Assembly (NCBI GenBank): GCA_051859245.1
Contig: JBHYGA010000001.1
Location: 704,001 to 768,000 of the forward strand
Length of the DNA stretch: 64,000 nucleotides
Reading direction: 5' to 3'
Source: Gemmatimonadaceae bacterium
GTDB taxonomy: Bacteria; Gemmatimonadota; Gemmatimonadetes; Gemmatimonadales; Gemmatimonadaceae
Shown here: positions 38,492 to 47,930 of the stretch, piece after piece
Layout: the number at the start of each line of letters is the position of its first letter
How positions within the stretch are numbered: position 1 is the first letter of the stretch
Notes under the pieces: model-generated
The model's input: only the letters and a program-made list of their open reading frames with translations
The model's database searches: none
Told to the model about the DNA's origin: nothing
Program-made: the position numbers and the translations under genes

Positions 38492-38515
38492 CGCGAACAA
38501 TGCCGAGGAGGGCTG

Positions 38516-39376
38516 ATGTCTCGCTTGCTGCCTGATGATACGCAACTTGGAATGGTCAGTTTGCAGGTGGCAAATCTTGACCGGTCAGTCGCGTGGTATC
38601 GTGATGTGTTGGGTGCGTTTGTGCTTGAGCGCGACGCACAGAGTGCACAGCTTGGCTCGTACTTTGACAAAGTACCGCTGCTCATGCTGACCGAACGCGT
38701 GGGCGCTGAACCCATGCCGCATCGCGGACGTCTGGGACTATTTCACGTGGCGTGGCTGATGCCCAATCGCGCTGCACTGGGGCAGTTCGTTGCGCACCTC
38801 GCGGCGTTCCCTGACCGTGTGGGCACCGCGAATCATCTGGTCAGCGAAGCGCTGTATCTCTCCGATCCCGATGGACTCGGTGTGGAAGTGTACGCCGATC
38901 GGCCGCGTGAACAGTGGACGTTTGCCAACGGCGAAGTGCAGATGGCATCATTGCCGCTCGATCTGAAAGAACTGGTGAGTGCTGGCGGCGGCCATATGTA
39001 CACTGGTATGCCTGAGGGCATGCGCATTGGCCATGTGCACCTGCATGTGGGCAAGCTTGAGGAGAGTACCGCGTTTTATCGCGACGTGATCGGTTTCAGT
39101 CTCACGCAGTCGTCGTATCCTGGCGCGCACTTTCTCGCGGCCGGTGGATATCACCACCATCTGGGCACCAATGTCTGGGCCGGCGATTGGGCCAAGCCGC
39201 CGGCGAGCGGGGACGCACGCTTGTTACATTGGACCATCCGTGTTCCGACGAGTGATGATGTGCAGGCGGTGGCCGCTCGGGCGCAGCAACACGGCGTGCA
39301 GGGGACCCTCACCAACGACAACGCGTTCGCCCTCGATGATCCGTGGGGAACGCGTGTCGTGGTGCGTGTGGCCTGA
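38516..39376 (+). CDS. VOC family protein (CatE-like catechol 2,3-dioxygenase / glyoxalase)
   Basis: GLFHVA, HLVSEALYLSDPDG, IGHVHL, GGYHHHLG, DPWG. Confidence 0.88.
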   Translation: MSRLLPDDTQLGMVSLQVANLDRSVAWYRDVLGAFVLERDAQSAQLGSYFDKVPLLMLTERVGAEPMPHRGRLGLFHVAWLMPNRAALGQFVAHLAAFPDRVGTANHLVSEALYLSDPDGLGVEVYADRPREQWTFANGEVQMASLPLDLKELVSAGGGHMYTGMPEGMRIGHVHLHVGKLEESTAFYRDVIGFSLTQSSYPGAHFLAAGGYHHHLGTNVWAGDWAKPPASGDARLLHWTIRVPTSDDVQAVAARAQQHGVQGTLTNDNAFALDDPWGTRVVVRVA

Positions 39377-41371
39377 TTACAGCGGGCGCTGACCGATCAC
39401 AATGGTTGGCGTCACGTTGCTCGCAATGTCAGACGTGGTGTTGCCGTTACCCAACTGACCTACATCATTGCGGCCCCAGCACGACGTGGTGAGACGATCA
39501 ACGGAGATGGCGCAGGTGAATGAGCCCGAACCGCTGGCCACATTCGCGGCGGAAACTTCGCTCGCCCGGATGGTACCGGCACGCACTGGCGTCGTGCTGC
39601 CATTCTGCAGACCCACACCAAGTTGTCCGTTGGCGTTGCTGCCCCAGCAGTAGACATCGGACTGTGTCGTCACGCCGCACACGTGGGCGAAGCCTGCGGA
39701 GATCTGACGCCAGTTGTGTCCGCCGCTGATTGCGCGCGGCGTTGACGTGGCGCTGCCTGTGCTTCCCAGACGACCGCTTGTGGAGTTGCCCCAGCAGTAG
39801 CCTGCGCCTGCTGTTGTGACACCACATGCCACCTGATTGGACGCGCTCAGCATCGCCCAGCGATGGCCACCCGTCATGGCTTGCGGCAACAACTTCGTGG
39901 TATTGCCATTCGATATCGGTGCGCCGGTGCCCGTCTCGCCCGCGCCGTCGGCACCCCAGCACCAGCCGTTACCCGCCATCGTGACTCCACACGTGAACTC
40001 GTTGCCCGTGGTCACGCTGGCAAATGCGTCACCAGACACCGTAACCGTGGGAATGTGCGACGAGACCGTGTTGCCGGCACCGAATTGTCCCCACTGATTG
40101 TTGCCCCAGCAGAAGATACGATTGTCTGTTCCGACGGCACAGACATGATCTGCACCCGCCGAGATCTGTTTGAAGCGCAGCGATGTTTCAACGGCAACTG
40201 GTGTCGCGCTCTGCCCGATCGAACTCGCGATGCCGAGCGCTCCCCAGGCGTTGTAGCCCCAGCAGTACGCGCGACCGTCGGTGCGAATACCACAGGTAGT
40301 ACGACCGAACGTGGCCAACTGGGTAAAGCGATGTCCCCCCGGCACCATCACCGGCACAGTGCTCTTCGCATCATCCGTCAGCGTTGGCAACCCAATCCGG
40401 CCCTGACGGCTGTTCAATCCCCAGCACCAGGCGATGCCACCACTCGCAATGTTGCACGCGTGCTGCGTGGCTGCGGACAACGAGCGGTACTTGATCACCA
40501 CCACTTTGCTGATCGTGCCGAACTTGCCTTCGCTGGTGGCCGTCACGGTGACCGTGCCGCGATCGCGTCCTTCAAGCACGCCCGTCATGCTGTCGATCAC
40601 GGCGATCGCGGTATCCGACACTTTCCAACGCAGGGCCCGTCCATTGAGAATGCTGTTGTCGGCCGCGCGTGTGGTGGCCGTGAGCGGCAGCGACTCCCAC
40701 GCTTCGATGGTATCGGCACTGGCGTTGATGCTGACCGTGGCAACCGGTACCACCACACTGATCGACCCTGTGCCAACCTTTCCTTCGCTGGTGGCCGTAA
40801 TCGTGGCAGTACCCGAGGCGAGTGCACGCGCTGTCCCGGTGTTGTGATCGATCTCCACGATCGCGGGTGCGTTGGACAGCCAGCGCACCGCGCGACCCGC
40901 GAGAGGTTGACCAGCGGCGTTGAGTGTGACCGCTGTCAGGGTGACGGTTTCGCCCAGTTGCATCAGGCGATTCGCGGGTGTGATCGCCACGCTGTGCACC
41001 GGTGCCGGTGCCGCGGGCTGCACGTTGATCACAACCTGCGCGCTCTTGCCCTCACTGGTGGCCGTAATCGTGACGGTGCCTTCCGCCAACGCTGTCACAA
41101 CACCGGTGGCACTGACGGTGGCCGTCGCGGCGGCGGAGGTAGTGAACGTGATGGTGCGACCGGTAAGCGTAATGTCGTTCGCGTCGCGCGCAGTGGCGGT
41201 GAGCGTGGTGGTCGCGCCCACTTCGATCACATTTGACGCTGCCACGAGTGTCACGGATGCAACAGGCGCAGGTGGTGGCGGCGGTGGTGGACTGGTGCTG
41301 TCGGAACTGCCGCAGGCGGCGAGTGCAGCGAGCATGGTACTCGCAACGAGTGCACTGAAATACCGTTTCAT
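39377..41371 (-). CDS. lipoprotein with three Ig-like (Big_2) domains and RCC1 repeats
   Basis: Lipobox LAAC, poly-Pro linker, three TATSEGK repeats, repeated CWG/GQLG motifs. Confidence 0.88.
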   Translation of the reverse strand: MKRYFSALVASTMLAALAACGSSDSTSPPPPPPPAPVASVTLVAASNVIEVGATTTLTATARDANDITLTGRTITFTTSAAATATVSATGVVTALAEGTVTITATSEGKSAQVVINVQPAAPAPVHSVAITPANRLMQLGETVTLTAVTLNAAGQPLAGRAVRWLSNAPAIVEIDHNTGTARALASGTATITATSEGKVGTGSISVVVPVATVSINASADTIEAWESLPLTATTRAADNSILNGRALRWKVSDTAIAVIDSMTGVLEGRDRGTVTVTATSEGKFGTISKVVVIKYRSLSAATQHACNIASGGIAWCWGLNSRQGRIGLPTLTDDAKSTVPVMVPGGHRFTQLATFGRTTCGIRTDGRAYCWGYNAWGALGIASSIGQSATPVAVETSLRFKQISAGADHVCAVGTDNRIFCWGNNQWGQFGAGNTVSSHIPTVTVSGDAFASVTTGNEFTCGVTMAGNGWCWGADGAGETGTGAPISNGNTTKLLPQAMTGGHRWAMLSASNQVACGVTTAGAGYCWGNSTSGRLGSTGSATSTPRAISGGHNWRQISAGFAHVCGVTTQSDVYCWGSNANGQLGVGLQNGSTTPVRAGTIRASEVSAANVASGSGSFTCAISVDRLTTSCWGRNDVGQLGNGNTTSDIASNVTPTIVIGQRPL

Positions 41372-41522
41372 GATAAAGCCTCTCGGTCGAAACCGAATCA
41401 GTGGCCGCCGTGCGACCGGATGTCTGTTGGGGAGCGCGTGCAGACTTTACGCGGGCGCGTGCATTCATCGAAGGGTCGTGTGACCCCCAGTGCACATGAC
41501 CTACACGAGCGGTGCGAATGGC

Positions 41523-41666
41523 ATTCAGCATGTCGTCACGCGTGAGTTCATCGAGTTGTCACGCGGCCTTCATCATTCGCTCATGTGCGTGTCATGCACA
41601 TGTCACAGAGCGTTCACGGCGTGCTCATGCGCGCGTCACGTCCGGTTCATGCGGCGGTCGCATAAT
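41523..41666 (+). promoter_or_regulatory. array of 12 direct repeats with 11-bp period (Pho-box/OmpR-like) plus -10 element
   Basis: TCA at 41525, 41536, 41548, 41559, 41570, 41581, 41592, 41603, 41614, 41625, 41636, 41647; CATAAT starts 10 nt after the last TCAT. Confidence 0.7.
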
Positions 41667-41716
41667 GCAGTGTGCACACGGATGGGCCGCGTGCACACTT
41701 CATCCGGGAGGCTCAC

Positions 41717-42439
41717 ATGCTGGGAACGCTGCTTGAATCCGCCGCCGTTGCTCCACGTCGTCGCCTGAGTTCCGTTGTGTCGCTGGCGCTGCACATCGGC
41801 GCCGTTGCCGCTATTGTGGTGGCGACCGCCAAAGCGGACGAGTTGCCGCCCGAACCGCCACCGACCACGCTGACCTACGTGGATCGGCTACCCAAGCCAA
41901 AGCCACCGGTCGCGCCCGCAGGCAGCGATGTCGCGCCGAGCAGCACTACGGCAGAGGTCGCTACTGCCCTGGCGTTGGCGCCGACCTTGGTCGCGCCAGA
42001 GATTATCCCGCTCGACATTCCGGCCGTCGATCTCACGCGGGCGGTGACGGGAGACGACGACTTTGCGCGCGGCAGCACGCGTGCGCTGACCGGCGGCGAA
42101 ACCGGCGGCACCGGATCTCCGTTAGGACAGGACGGCGATGTGTGGTTTGCCCCAATGGTAGAGAAGCCAGCAGCGGTTCGCCCAGGCTCTCCCACGCCGG
42201 AGTATCCCGAGATGTTGCGCGCATCGCAGGCCGAAGGAGCGGTCCGTGCGCGGTTCGTGGTTGATACCGCAGGGCGCGTTGACCTGTCACGGTTAACGAT
42301 TCTTTCAAGTGATCATGTACTCTTTACCCGCGCGGTCGAACGCGCGCTGCGTGGAATGCGCTATCTGCCCGCCGAAGTTGGCGGACGGCCGGTCGCACAG
42401 CTTGTTGAACAAACGTTTGCCTTTACGCTGCATCGCTAG
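41717..42439 (+). CDS. tonB: energy transducer TonB
   Basis: RBS GGGAGG; TM with SLALH; Pro-rich linker; PEYPEMLR...EGAVRARFVVDTAGRV. Confidence 0.85.
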   Translation: MLGTLLESAAVAPRRRLSSVVSLALHIGAVAAIVVATAKADELPPEPPPTTLTYVDRLPKPKPPVAPAGSDVAPSSTTAEVATALALAPTLVAPEIIPLDIPAVDLTRAVTGDDDFARGSTRALTGGETGGTGSPLGQDGDVWFAPMVEKPAAVRPGSPTPEYPEMLRASQAEGAVRARFVVDTAGRVDLSRLTILSSDHVLFTRAVERALRGMRYLPAEVGGRPVAQLVEQTFAFTLHR

Positions 42440-42448
42440 CGGAGCGCT

Positions 42449-42477
42449 TTGCCCTGAGCGGGCGGCGCCCCTAGTTT
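42449..42477 (+). promoter_or_regulatory. putative sigma70 promoter of the SPFH-polyamine operon
   Basis: TTGCCC-N17-TAGTTT upstream of GGAGG RBS. Confidence 0.45.
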
Positions 42478-42535
42478 ACCCGCGTGGCGCCGATTCCGGC
42501 GCTCGTACTTACTCCGCCCGCTCTGGAGGCTGGTC

Positions 42536-43549
42536 ATGTCTTTCGGTGATTTTCTCAAGAAGCAATTCATCGACGTCATTCACTGGACCGAAGACGGACC
42601 GGGAGTGCTCATGGAGCGCTTCCCGATGCGTGATATGGAAATCCAGAACGGCGCCTCGCTCACCGTGCGTGAGTCGCAGATGGCGTTGTTCGTGAACGAA
42701 GGCAAAGCCGCCGATGCGTTCGGACCTGGGCTCTACAAGCTCGACACCAACACGTTGCCGCTGCTCACCAATCTCAAGAACTGGGACAAGCTCTTTCAGT
42801 CGCCGTTCAAGAGTGATCTGTATTTCTTCTCCACGCGTCTGCAAACCAATCAGCGTTGGGGCACGCAGCAGCCGATCACCATTCGCGACAAGGAGTTCGG
42901 CGCAATCCGTTTGCGCGGCTTTGGCGTGTACAGCTACCGCCTGGTGAATCCGCTCGCGTTCCATACCAACATTGCCGGTACGCAAGCGCAGTATTCAGCG
43001 AGCGAGTTGGAACCGCAGTTGCGGAACGCCGTGATTACGTCGTTCACCACGGCGTTCGCCAAGTCGCAGGTGCCGTTCCTTGACATGGCCGCGAATCAAG
43101 CCGCCGTGGCCACGCTGATCGCGGCCGAACTTGCGCCACAGTTCGCGGCCTACGGTCTCGAGCTGGCGAGTTTCACGGTCGAAAATCTGTCGCTGCCCGA
43201 CGAACTGCAGAAGCGTCTCGACGAGCGCATCTCCATGAACATGGTGGGCGACTTGCGGCAGTATGCACAGTTCCAGGCGGCGCAGTCGATTCCCATTGCC
43301 GCGGCAAACGAAGGCGGACTGGCCGGCATGGGTGTCGGTCTTGGTGCGGGCGTTGGCATTGGTGGCATGATGGCCGATGCGTTCCGTGGCGCAGCAGCGC
43401 CTGCCGCACCTGCGGCACCTGGCACACCCGCGGCACCGGCCGAGGGTGGCGCCGCGCTCACCGGCGAAACCAAGTTCTGCATTCACTGCGGCAAGCCGAT
43501 TCCCGCGGTTGCCAAGTTCTGCCACCTCTGTGGCGGTGCGCAGGCGTAA
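42536..43549 (+). CDS. SPFH/Band-7 domain protein with C-terminal zinc ribbon (YdjI-like)
   Basis: LTVRESQMALFV, FGPGLYKL, WGTQQPI; C-terminal CIHCG...FCHLCG. Confidence 0.85.
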   Translation: MSFGDFLKKQFIDVIHWTEDGPGVLMERFPMRDMEIQNGASLTVRESQMALFVNEGKAADAFGPGLYKLDTNTLPLLTNLKNWDKLFQSPFKSDLYFFSTRLQTNQRWGTQQPITIRDKEFGAIRLRGFGVYSYRLVNPLAFHTNIAGTQAQYSASELEPQLRNAVITSFTTAFAKSQVPFLDMAANQAAVATLIAAELAPQFAAYGLELASFTVENLSLPDELQKRLDERISMNMVGDLRQYAQFQAAQSIPIAAANEGGLAGMGVGLGAGVGIGGMMADAFRGAAAPAAPAAPGTPAAPAEGGAALTGETKFCIHCGKPIPAVAKFCHLCGGAQA

Positions 43550-43607
43550 TGACACGATTCCTGTCTGTCGCGAATCGTGGAGTGACGCGTTCTCGCACAT
43601 TCTGTCA

Positions 43608-44006
43608 ATGAACGGTCGCGAATGGCTGGTTGAGGCGTTCGACTGCGACGTCGCTCGCCTCACCAGTATTCCCGCGCTGCAATCGCTGTTCGACGCGCTG
43701 GTGCAGGAACTCAACCTGCATCCGGTGGGCGACGCGGTGTGGCATCAGTTCCCGACGCCCGGTGGCATCACAGGGATGTGGCTCCTCGCCGAGTCGCATT
43801 TGACGGTGCACACATTCCCGGAATTCGAATCGGCGTGCATCAATCTGTTCTGTTGCACGCCACGCGCGTCGTGCGACTGGTCGCAGCGTCTAGCCGAACT
43901 GCTTGGTGCGCGCTCGGTACACGTGCGCGTAGTCGAGCGTGCGTACGGACCAGCCGCGGCTCCGGTGTTGCCGCACGACATGACGGCTGCGCTCCCCGCG
44001 CGGTAG
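43608..44006 (+). CDS. speD: S-adenosylmethionine decarboxylase proenzyme
   Basis: GGITGMWLLAESHLTVHTFPE cleavage motif; FCC. Confidence 0.85.
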   Translation: MNGREWLVEAFDCDVARLTSIPALQSLFDALVQELNLHPVGDAVWHQFPTPGGITGMWLLAESHLTVHTFPEFESACINLFCCTPRASCDWSQRLAELLGARSVHVRVVERAYGPAAAPVLPHDMTAALPAR

Positions 44007-44021
44007 CCCACTGCATCGCCC

Positions 44022-44666
44022 ATGACCGCGCCAGCGCCGTTTTCAACCAGCTGTCCATCCTGTGGTGCGCCCATTCGATTCCGGTGGGCGCAGGCCGTGC
44101 AAACCACCTGCGATTTCTGCAAGTCGGTGTTGGTGCGCCAGGGGTTGGATCTCACCAAGGTTGGTCAGCAAGCAGACTTCCCCGTCACCGCGTCGCCCAT
44201 TCAACTGGGTGTTGAAGCGCAGTGGGGCAATCGCACGCTCATTGTGGTGGGTCGACTCACCTACGAATGGTCGCGTGGTCGATGGAACGAGTGGTACTGT
44301 CGGGTCAGTGACGGCAGCAGCGCCTGGCTGTCCGATGCGCAGCTTGAATACGCGATCACCACCGAAGTCGACGCGGGACGCGCCTTGCCCGATCCCGCCA
44401 CGCTCTCCGTTGACGACGTGGTGGAGACGGATCGCGGACGCTACACCGTGACCAGTCTGTCGCAGGCCGTGTACATCGGCACCGAAGGTGAGTTGCCATT
44501 TACCACGAGTGGTCGCGAACACAGCTGGTTTGCCGATCTGCTCGATGCGAGCGGCGGTTTTGCCACACTCGATGGCAGTGAGTCGCCGCCATTGCTGTTC
44601 GTTGGCGAGTACGTGACGTGGACATCACTTCGCGCCACCGGCGCACGTGAGTTCGCCGGATGGTAA
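44022..44666 (+). CDS. DUF4178 domain protein with N-terminal zinc ribbon
   Basis: CPSCGA...CDFCKS; WNEW, WLSD, EGELPF. Confidence 0.8.
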   Translation: MTAPAPFSTSCPSCGAPIRFRWAQAVQTTCDFCKSVLVRQGLDLTKVGQQADFPVTASPIQLGVEAQWGNRTLIVVGRLTYEWSRGRWNEWYCRVSDGSSAWLSDAQLEYAITTEVDAGRALPDPATLSVDDVVETDRGRYTVTSLSQAVYIGTEGELPFTTSGREHSWFADLLDASGGFATLDGSESPPLLFVGEYVTWTSLRATGAREFAGW

Positions 44667-45979
44667 TGGCCACCGTTCCCGTGAGCGCCACAACGCTCGC
44701 CTGTCCGAATTGTGGTTCGTCCATTGCGCTCCATGCGCAAGGCTGGGCCGTGACCGTGGCGTGCAGCAGCTGCGGCTCCGTACTTGATGCGCTCGATCCG
44801 AATCTGCGTGTGCTGCAGGAACACGCGATGCGGTTGCCGCATACGCCGTCCATTCCGCTCGGTACACGCGGCACGATCCGCGGCGTTGCGTATGAAGTGA
44901 TTGGCTGCCAACGCGTGGCGATTGAAGTGGAAGGCGTGGAGTACTCATGGACGGAATACGTCTGCTTCAATCCGTATCACGGTTTCCTGTATCTCTCGGA
45001 GTATCAGGGGCACTGGAACGTGATCGAAAAGCTGCGTCGTGCACCCGGCGCGCCATCGGGTCGTAGCCGACCTGAGATCACGCTGGATGGTCGCACGTAT
45101 CACCATTTCCAGACGGCCCAGGCGCGCACCACAATGGCCATGGGTGAGTTCCCGTGGGAGCTGCGCGTTGGTGACGAAGTCAGAGCGCGTGACTTCGTGT
45201 CACCGCCGTACATCCTGTCGGCCGAAGTCTCGGATCAGGAAGTCACCTGGTCGCGTGGTGAGTACACCGCGCCGTCAGACATCGCGCATATGTTTGGCAT
45301 CCCGCGTCTTGATCGCCGGCCGGAAGGTGTGTTTGCCAATCAACCGAATCTGCACCTGCGTGCAGCACGTCGTGTGGGCACTGTGGGCGGCCCGCTGCTG
45401 ATGGTCTGGTTGTTGATGCTTGTGCTCACCATTGTATTCTCGCAGCGTGAAGACGTCTTTTCGGAGACGTACACGTACGACCGCACACGCGGCGAACAGA
45501 ACGCACTCGTGACCGCGCCGTTCGAGTTGCGCGGCCGTTCGTCGAACGTGCGCATTACGCTCCGCGCCGCGCTCGAGAACGATTGGACATATTTTGCACT
45601 GGCGCTCATTCACGACAGCACCGGCCAGGCCCGCGATGTGGGTAAACAACTCAGTTTTTATTCCGGGCGCGATAGTGATGGCAACTGGAGCGAGGGCTCC
45701 CGCAACGGGTCGGTCACGCTCTCGTCAGTGCCGTCTGGCCGCTATGTGCTTCGTGTGGCGCCAGAAGGTGGTGAGCCGGTCGGCAATCCCGTCAGCTACA
45801 CGGTGAGCATCAAGCGCGACGTCCCGGCGTATTCGCATTTCGCGATCGCGTTTTTTGCGCTCGTCATTCCGATGGCGCTGGTGTGGGCACCGGTGGTGGG
45901 CTTTGAAAGTCGCCGCTGGATGGAAAGTGATCACGGAAGCGCGCTGCTAAACTTTCCGAAAGACGAGGAACACGCATGA
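44666..45979 (+). CDS. DUF4178 domain membrane protein
   Basis: CPNCG...CSSCG; WTEY, GEFPW; two TM segments; YSGRDSDGNWSEG. Confidence 0.8.
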   Translation: MATVPVSATTLACPNCGSSIALHAQGWAVTVACSSCGSVLDALDPNLRVLQEHAMRLPHTPSIPLGTRGTIRGVAYEVIGCQRVAIEVEGVEYSWTEYVCFNPYHGFLYLSEYQGHWNVIEKLRRAPGAPSGRSRPEITLDGRTYHHFQTAQARTTMAMGEFPWELRVGDEVRARDFVSPPYILSAEVSDQEVTWSRGEYTAPSDIAHMFGIPRLDRRPEGVFANQPNLHLRAARRVGTVGGPLLMVWLLMLVLTIVFSQREDVFSETYTYDRTRGEQNALVTAPFELRGRSSNVRITLRAALENDWTYFALALIHDSTGQARDVGKQLSFYSGRDSDGNWSEGSRNGSVTLSSVPSGRYVLRVAPEGGEPVGNPVSYTVSIKRDVPAYSHFAIAFFALVIPMALVWAPVVGFESRRWMESDHGSALLNFPKDEEHA

Positions 45980-46164
45980 TCCGCTCGGTGCTCTACGCCA
46001 TTTACGGAGTCGCAGTGCTCTCAGTGTTGGGCATGGCGCAGTATCGTGGATGGACCACAACACGCGGCGATAGCGCCAGCGTGGATCCGCAGTCTGTGCG
46101 CGCCAATCCCGGCGCGTACCGGTCGCCGTATTACATCCCGGGGCGCACGCTCCGCGGCAAGTAA
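45976..46164 (+). CDS. small membrane protein
   Basis: ATGA overlap, RBS, single TM, SVRANPG motif. Confidence 0.65.
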   Translation: MIRSVLYAIYGVAVLSVLGMAQYRGWTTTRGDSASVDPQSVRANPGAYRSPYYIPGRTLRGK

Positions 46165-46177
46165 CAGGAGAGAACGC

Positions 46178-46390
46178 GTGGAACTCAGTGTGTGGGACAA
46201 CGTACTCGCCGCGGCGGTGTTCGCCGGACTTGGTGTGGTACTCTTCGCGGTGGCGTTCATCATTCTCGATCTGCTCACACCTGGGAAGCTGTGGCACGAG
46301 ATCAGCGAAAAGAAAAACACGGCCGCCGCAATTCTCATGGGTTCCGCGGCGATCGCGTTGGGCATGATTGTCGCGGCGGCAATCCACTGA
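46178..46390 (+). CDS. DUF350 (YjfL-like) small membrane protein
   Basis: RBS AGGAG; DLLTPGKLWHEI...KNTAAAI. Confidence 0.8.
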   Translation: MELSVWDNVLAAAVFAGLGVVLFAVAFIILDLLTPGKLWHEISEKKNTAAAILMGSAAIALGMIVAAAIH

Positions 46391-46433
46391 TCGCGGTTAA
46401 GTCGCTGGCCGGTAGGCCGTCGGTGTTGAGTCC

Positions 46434-47930
46434 ATGAACGCTGCGCTGTTCGCGACGGTTTGTCTGATCGCGGCCTGCGGGCTGATCTACGAGCTGGTGG
46501 CCGGCGCGCTCGCGTCGTACTTGCTGGGCGACAGCGTCACGCAGTTCTCCACGGTGATCGGTACGTATCTGTTCGCCATGGGTATTGGCAGCTGGCTCTC
46601 GCGCTTCATTGTGCGTGGCGTGGTCACACGCTTTGTCCTCATCGAACTGTTGGTGGGAGTGATCGGCGGATTCTCGGCGCTGATTCTGTTTCTCACTTTT
46701 ACGTGGACCGACGCGTTCCGTCCGGTACTGTACGGCCTCGTCACGGTGATCGGCATATTGGTGGGGCTCGAAATCCCGCTGCTCATGCGCATCCTGCGCG
46801 AGCGCTTTTCATTCAAAGATGTAGTCGCAAACGTCCTCACGTTTGACTACGCCGGTGCGCTGGCGGCATCGCTGCTGTTCCCGCTGTTGCTGGTGCCCCG
46901 ACTTGGGCTCGTTCGCTCGGCGTTGCTCTTCGGTTTGGTGAACGTGCTGGTTGCCTTGTGGAGCACATGGTTGTTTCGCGATGTGTTGCCGCAGCGGCGC
47001 ACGCTGCAACTCATGTCGATCGCCGCGGCGCTTGTCCTTGGTGTGGGCTTCTGGAAAGGGCAGGAGATCACCACCTTCGCGGAAGAAGGGCTCTACGCCG
47101 ATCCGGTCATCCTGGCCAGGGACACGCGATACCAGCGCATTATTCTGACCAACTGGAAAGACGACTTGCGCCTGTTCCTCAACGGGCATTTGCAGTTCGC
47201 GTCGCGCGACGAGTATCGCTATCACGAAGCGCTGGTGCATCCCGGGCTGGCTGCGTTGCCACTCGCCAAACGCGTGCTGGTGCTCGGTGGTGGTGATGGG
47301 TTGGCCGTACGCGAAATCCTGCGGTATCCACAGGTGGAGCAGGTCACGCTGGTCGACCTCGACGAAGGCATGACCACGCTCTTCTCAACACACGAGCGGC
47401 TCACAGCCTTGAATCGCAGCGCGCTGAATGACGAACGCGTGCGTGTGATCAATGCCGATGCCTTCGTGTGGCTCGATGAGAACCCGGCGCAGTTCGATTT
47501 TATTGTGATCGATTTTCCCGATCCGTCGAACTACCATGTGGGCAAGTTGTACACGAGTGCGTTCTATCGGCTCGTACGTCAGCATCTGGCGAGTGATGGA
47601 TTTATAGCGGTGCAGTCCACGTCGCCGCTGTTTGCGCGTCAATCATTCTGGAGTATTGTTGCCACGCTGCAGGGTGCGGGGCTGCGCACCTATCCGTATC
47701 ACGTGTACGTGCCAAGCTTTGGCGAGTGGGGCTTTGTGATCGCCGGCGCTGTGCCGTATCAGGTGCCGCATACGCTTCCAGAGGGCCTGCGTTTTCTGCG
47801 TGCCAATACCGTGGCGTCCATGTTTGAGTTTCCGCTGGATATGGCGCCAGTGGCGGCGCAGCCCAACCGCCTGAACGATCAGGTGCTCGTCCGATACTAT
47901 GAGCAGGAGTGGGAGGCGATCAATCGATGA
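46434..47930 (+). CDS. speE: polyamine aminopropyltransferase with N-terminal membrane domain
   Basis: ACGLIYEL, GLEIPL, DEYRYHE, VLGGGDG, DFPDP. Confidence 0.9.
   Translation: MNAALFATVCLIAACGLIYELVAGALASYLLGDSVTQFSTVIGTYLFAMGIGSWLSRFIVRGVVTRFVLIELLVGVIGGFSALILFLTFTWTDAFRPVLYGLVTVIGILVGLEIPLLMRILRERFSFKDVVANVLTFDYAGALAASLLFPLLLVPRLGLVRSALLFGLVNVLVALWSTWLFRDVLPQRRTLQLMSIAAALVLGVGFWKGQEITTFAEEGLYADPVILARDTRYQRIILTNWKDDLRLFLNGHLQFASRDEYRYHEALVHPGLAALPLAKRVLVLGGGDGLAVREILRYPQVEQVTLVDLDEGMTTLFSTHERLTALNRSALNDERVRVINADAFVWLDENPAQFDFIVIDFPDPSNYHVGKLYTSAFYRLVRQHLASDGFIAVQSTSPLFARQSFWSIVATLQGAGLRTYPYHVYVPSFGEWGFVIAGAVPYQVPHTLPEGLRFLRANTVASMFEFPLDMAPVAAQPNRLNDQVLVRYYEQEWEAINR

Noticed and set aside
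41490..41768. Small ORFs, or a CRISPR interpretation, over the 11-bp array
   Set aside because: Period of 11 is not a multiple of 3, translations are implausible, and the conserved core is only 3-4 nt with no repeat-spacer structure or cas genes
43377..43607. N-terminal extension of SpeD in the ORF track
   Set aside because: Overlaps the SPFH gene; SpeD-like sequence starts at ATG 43608
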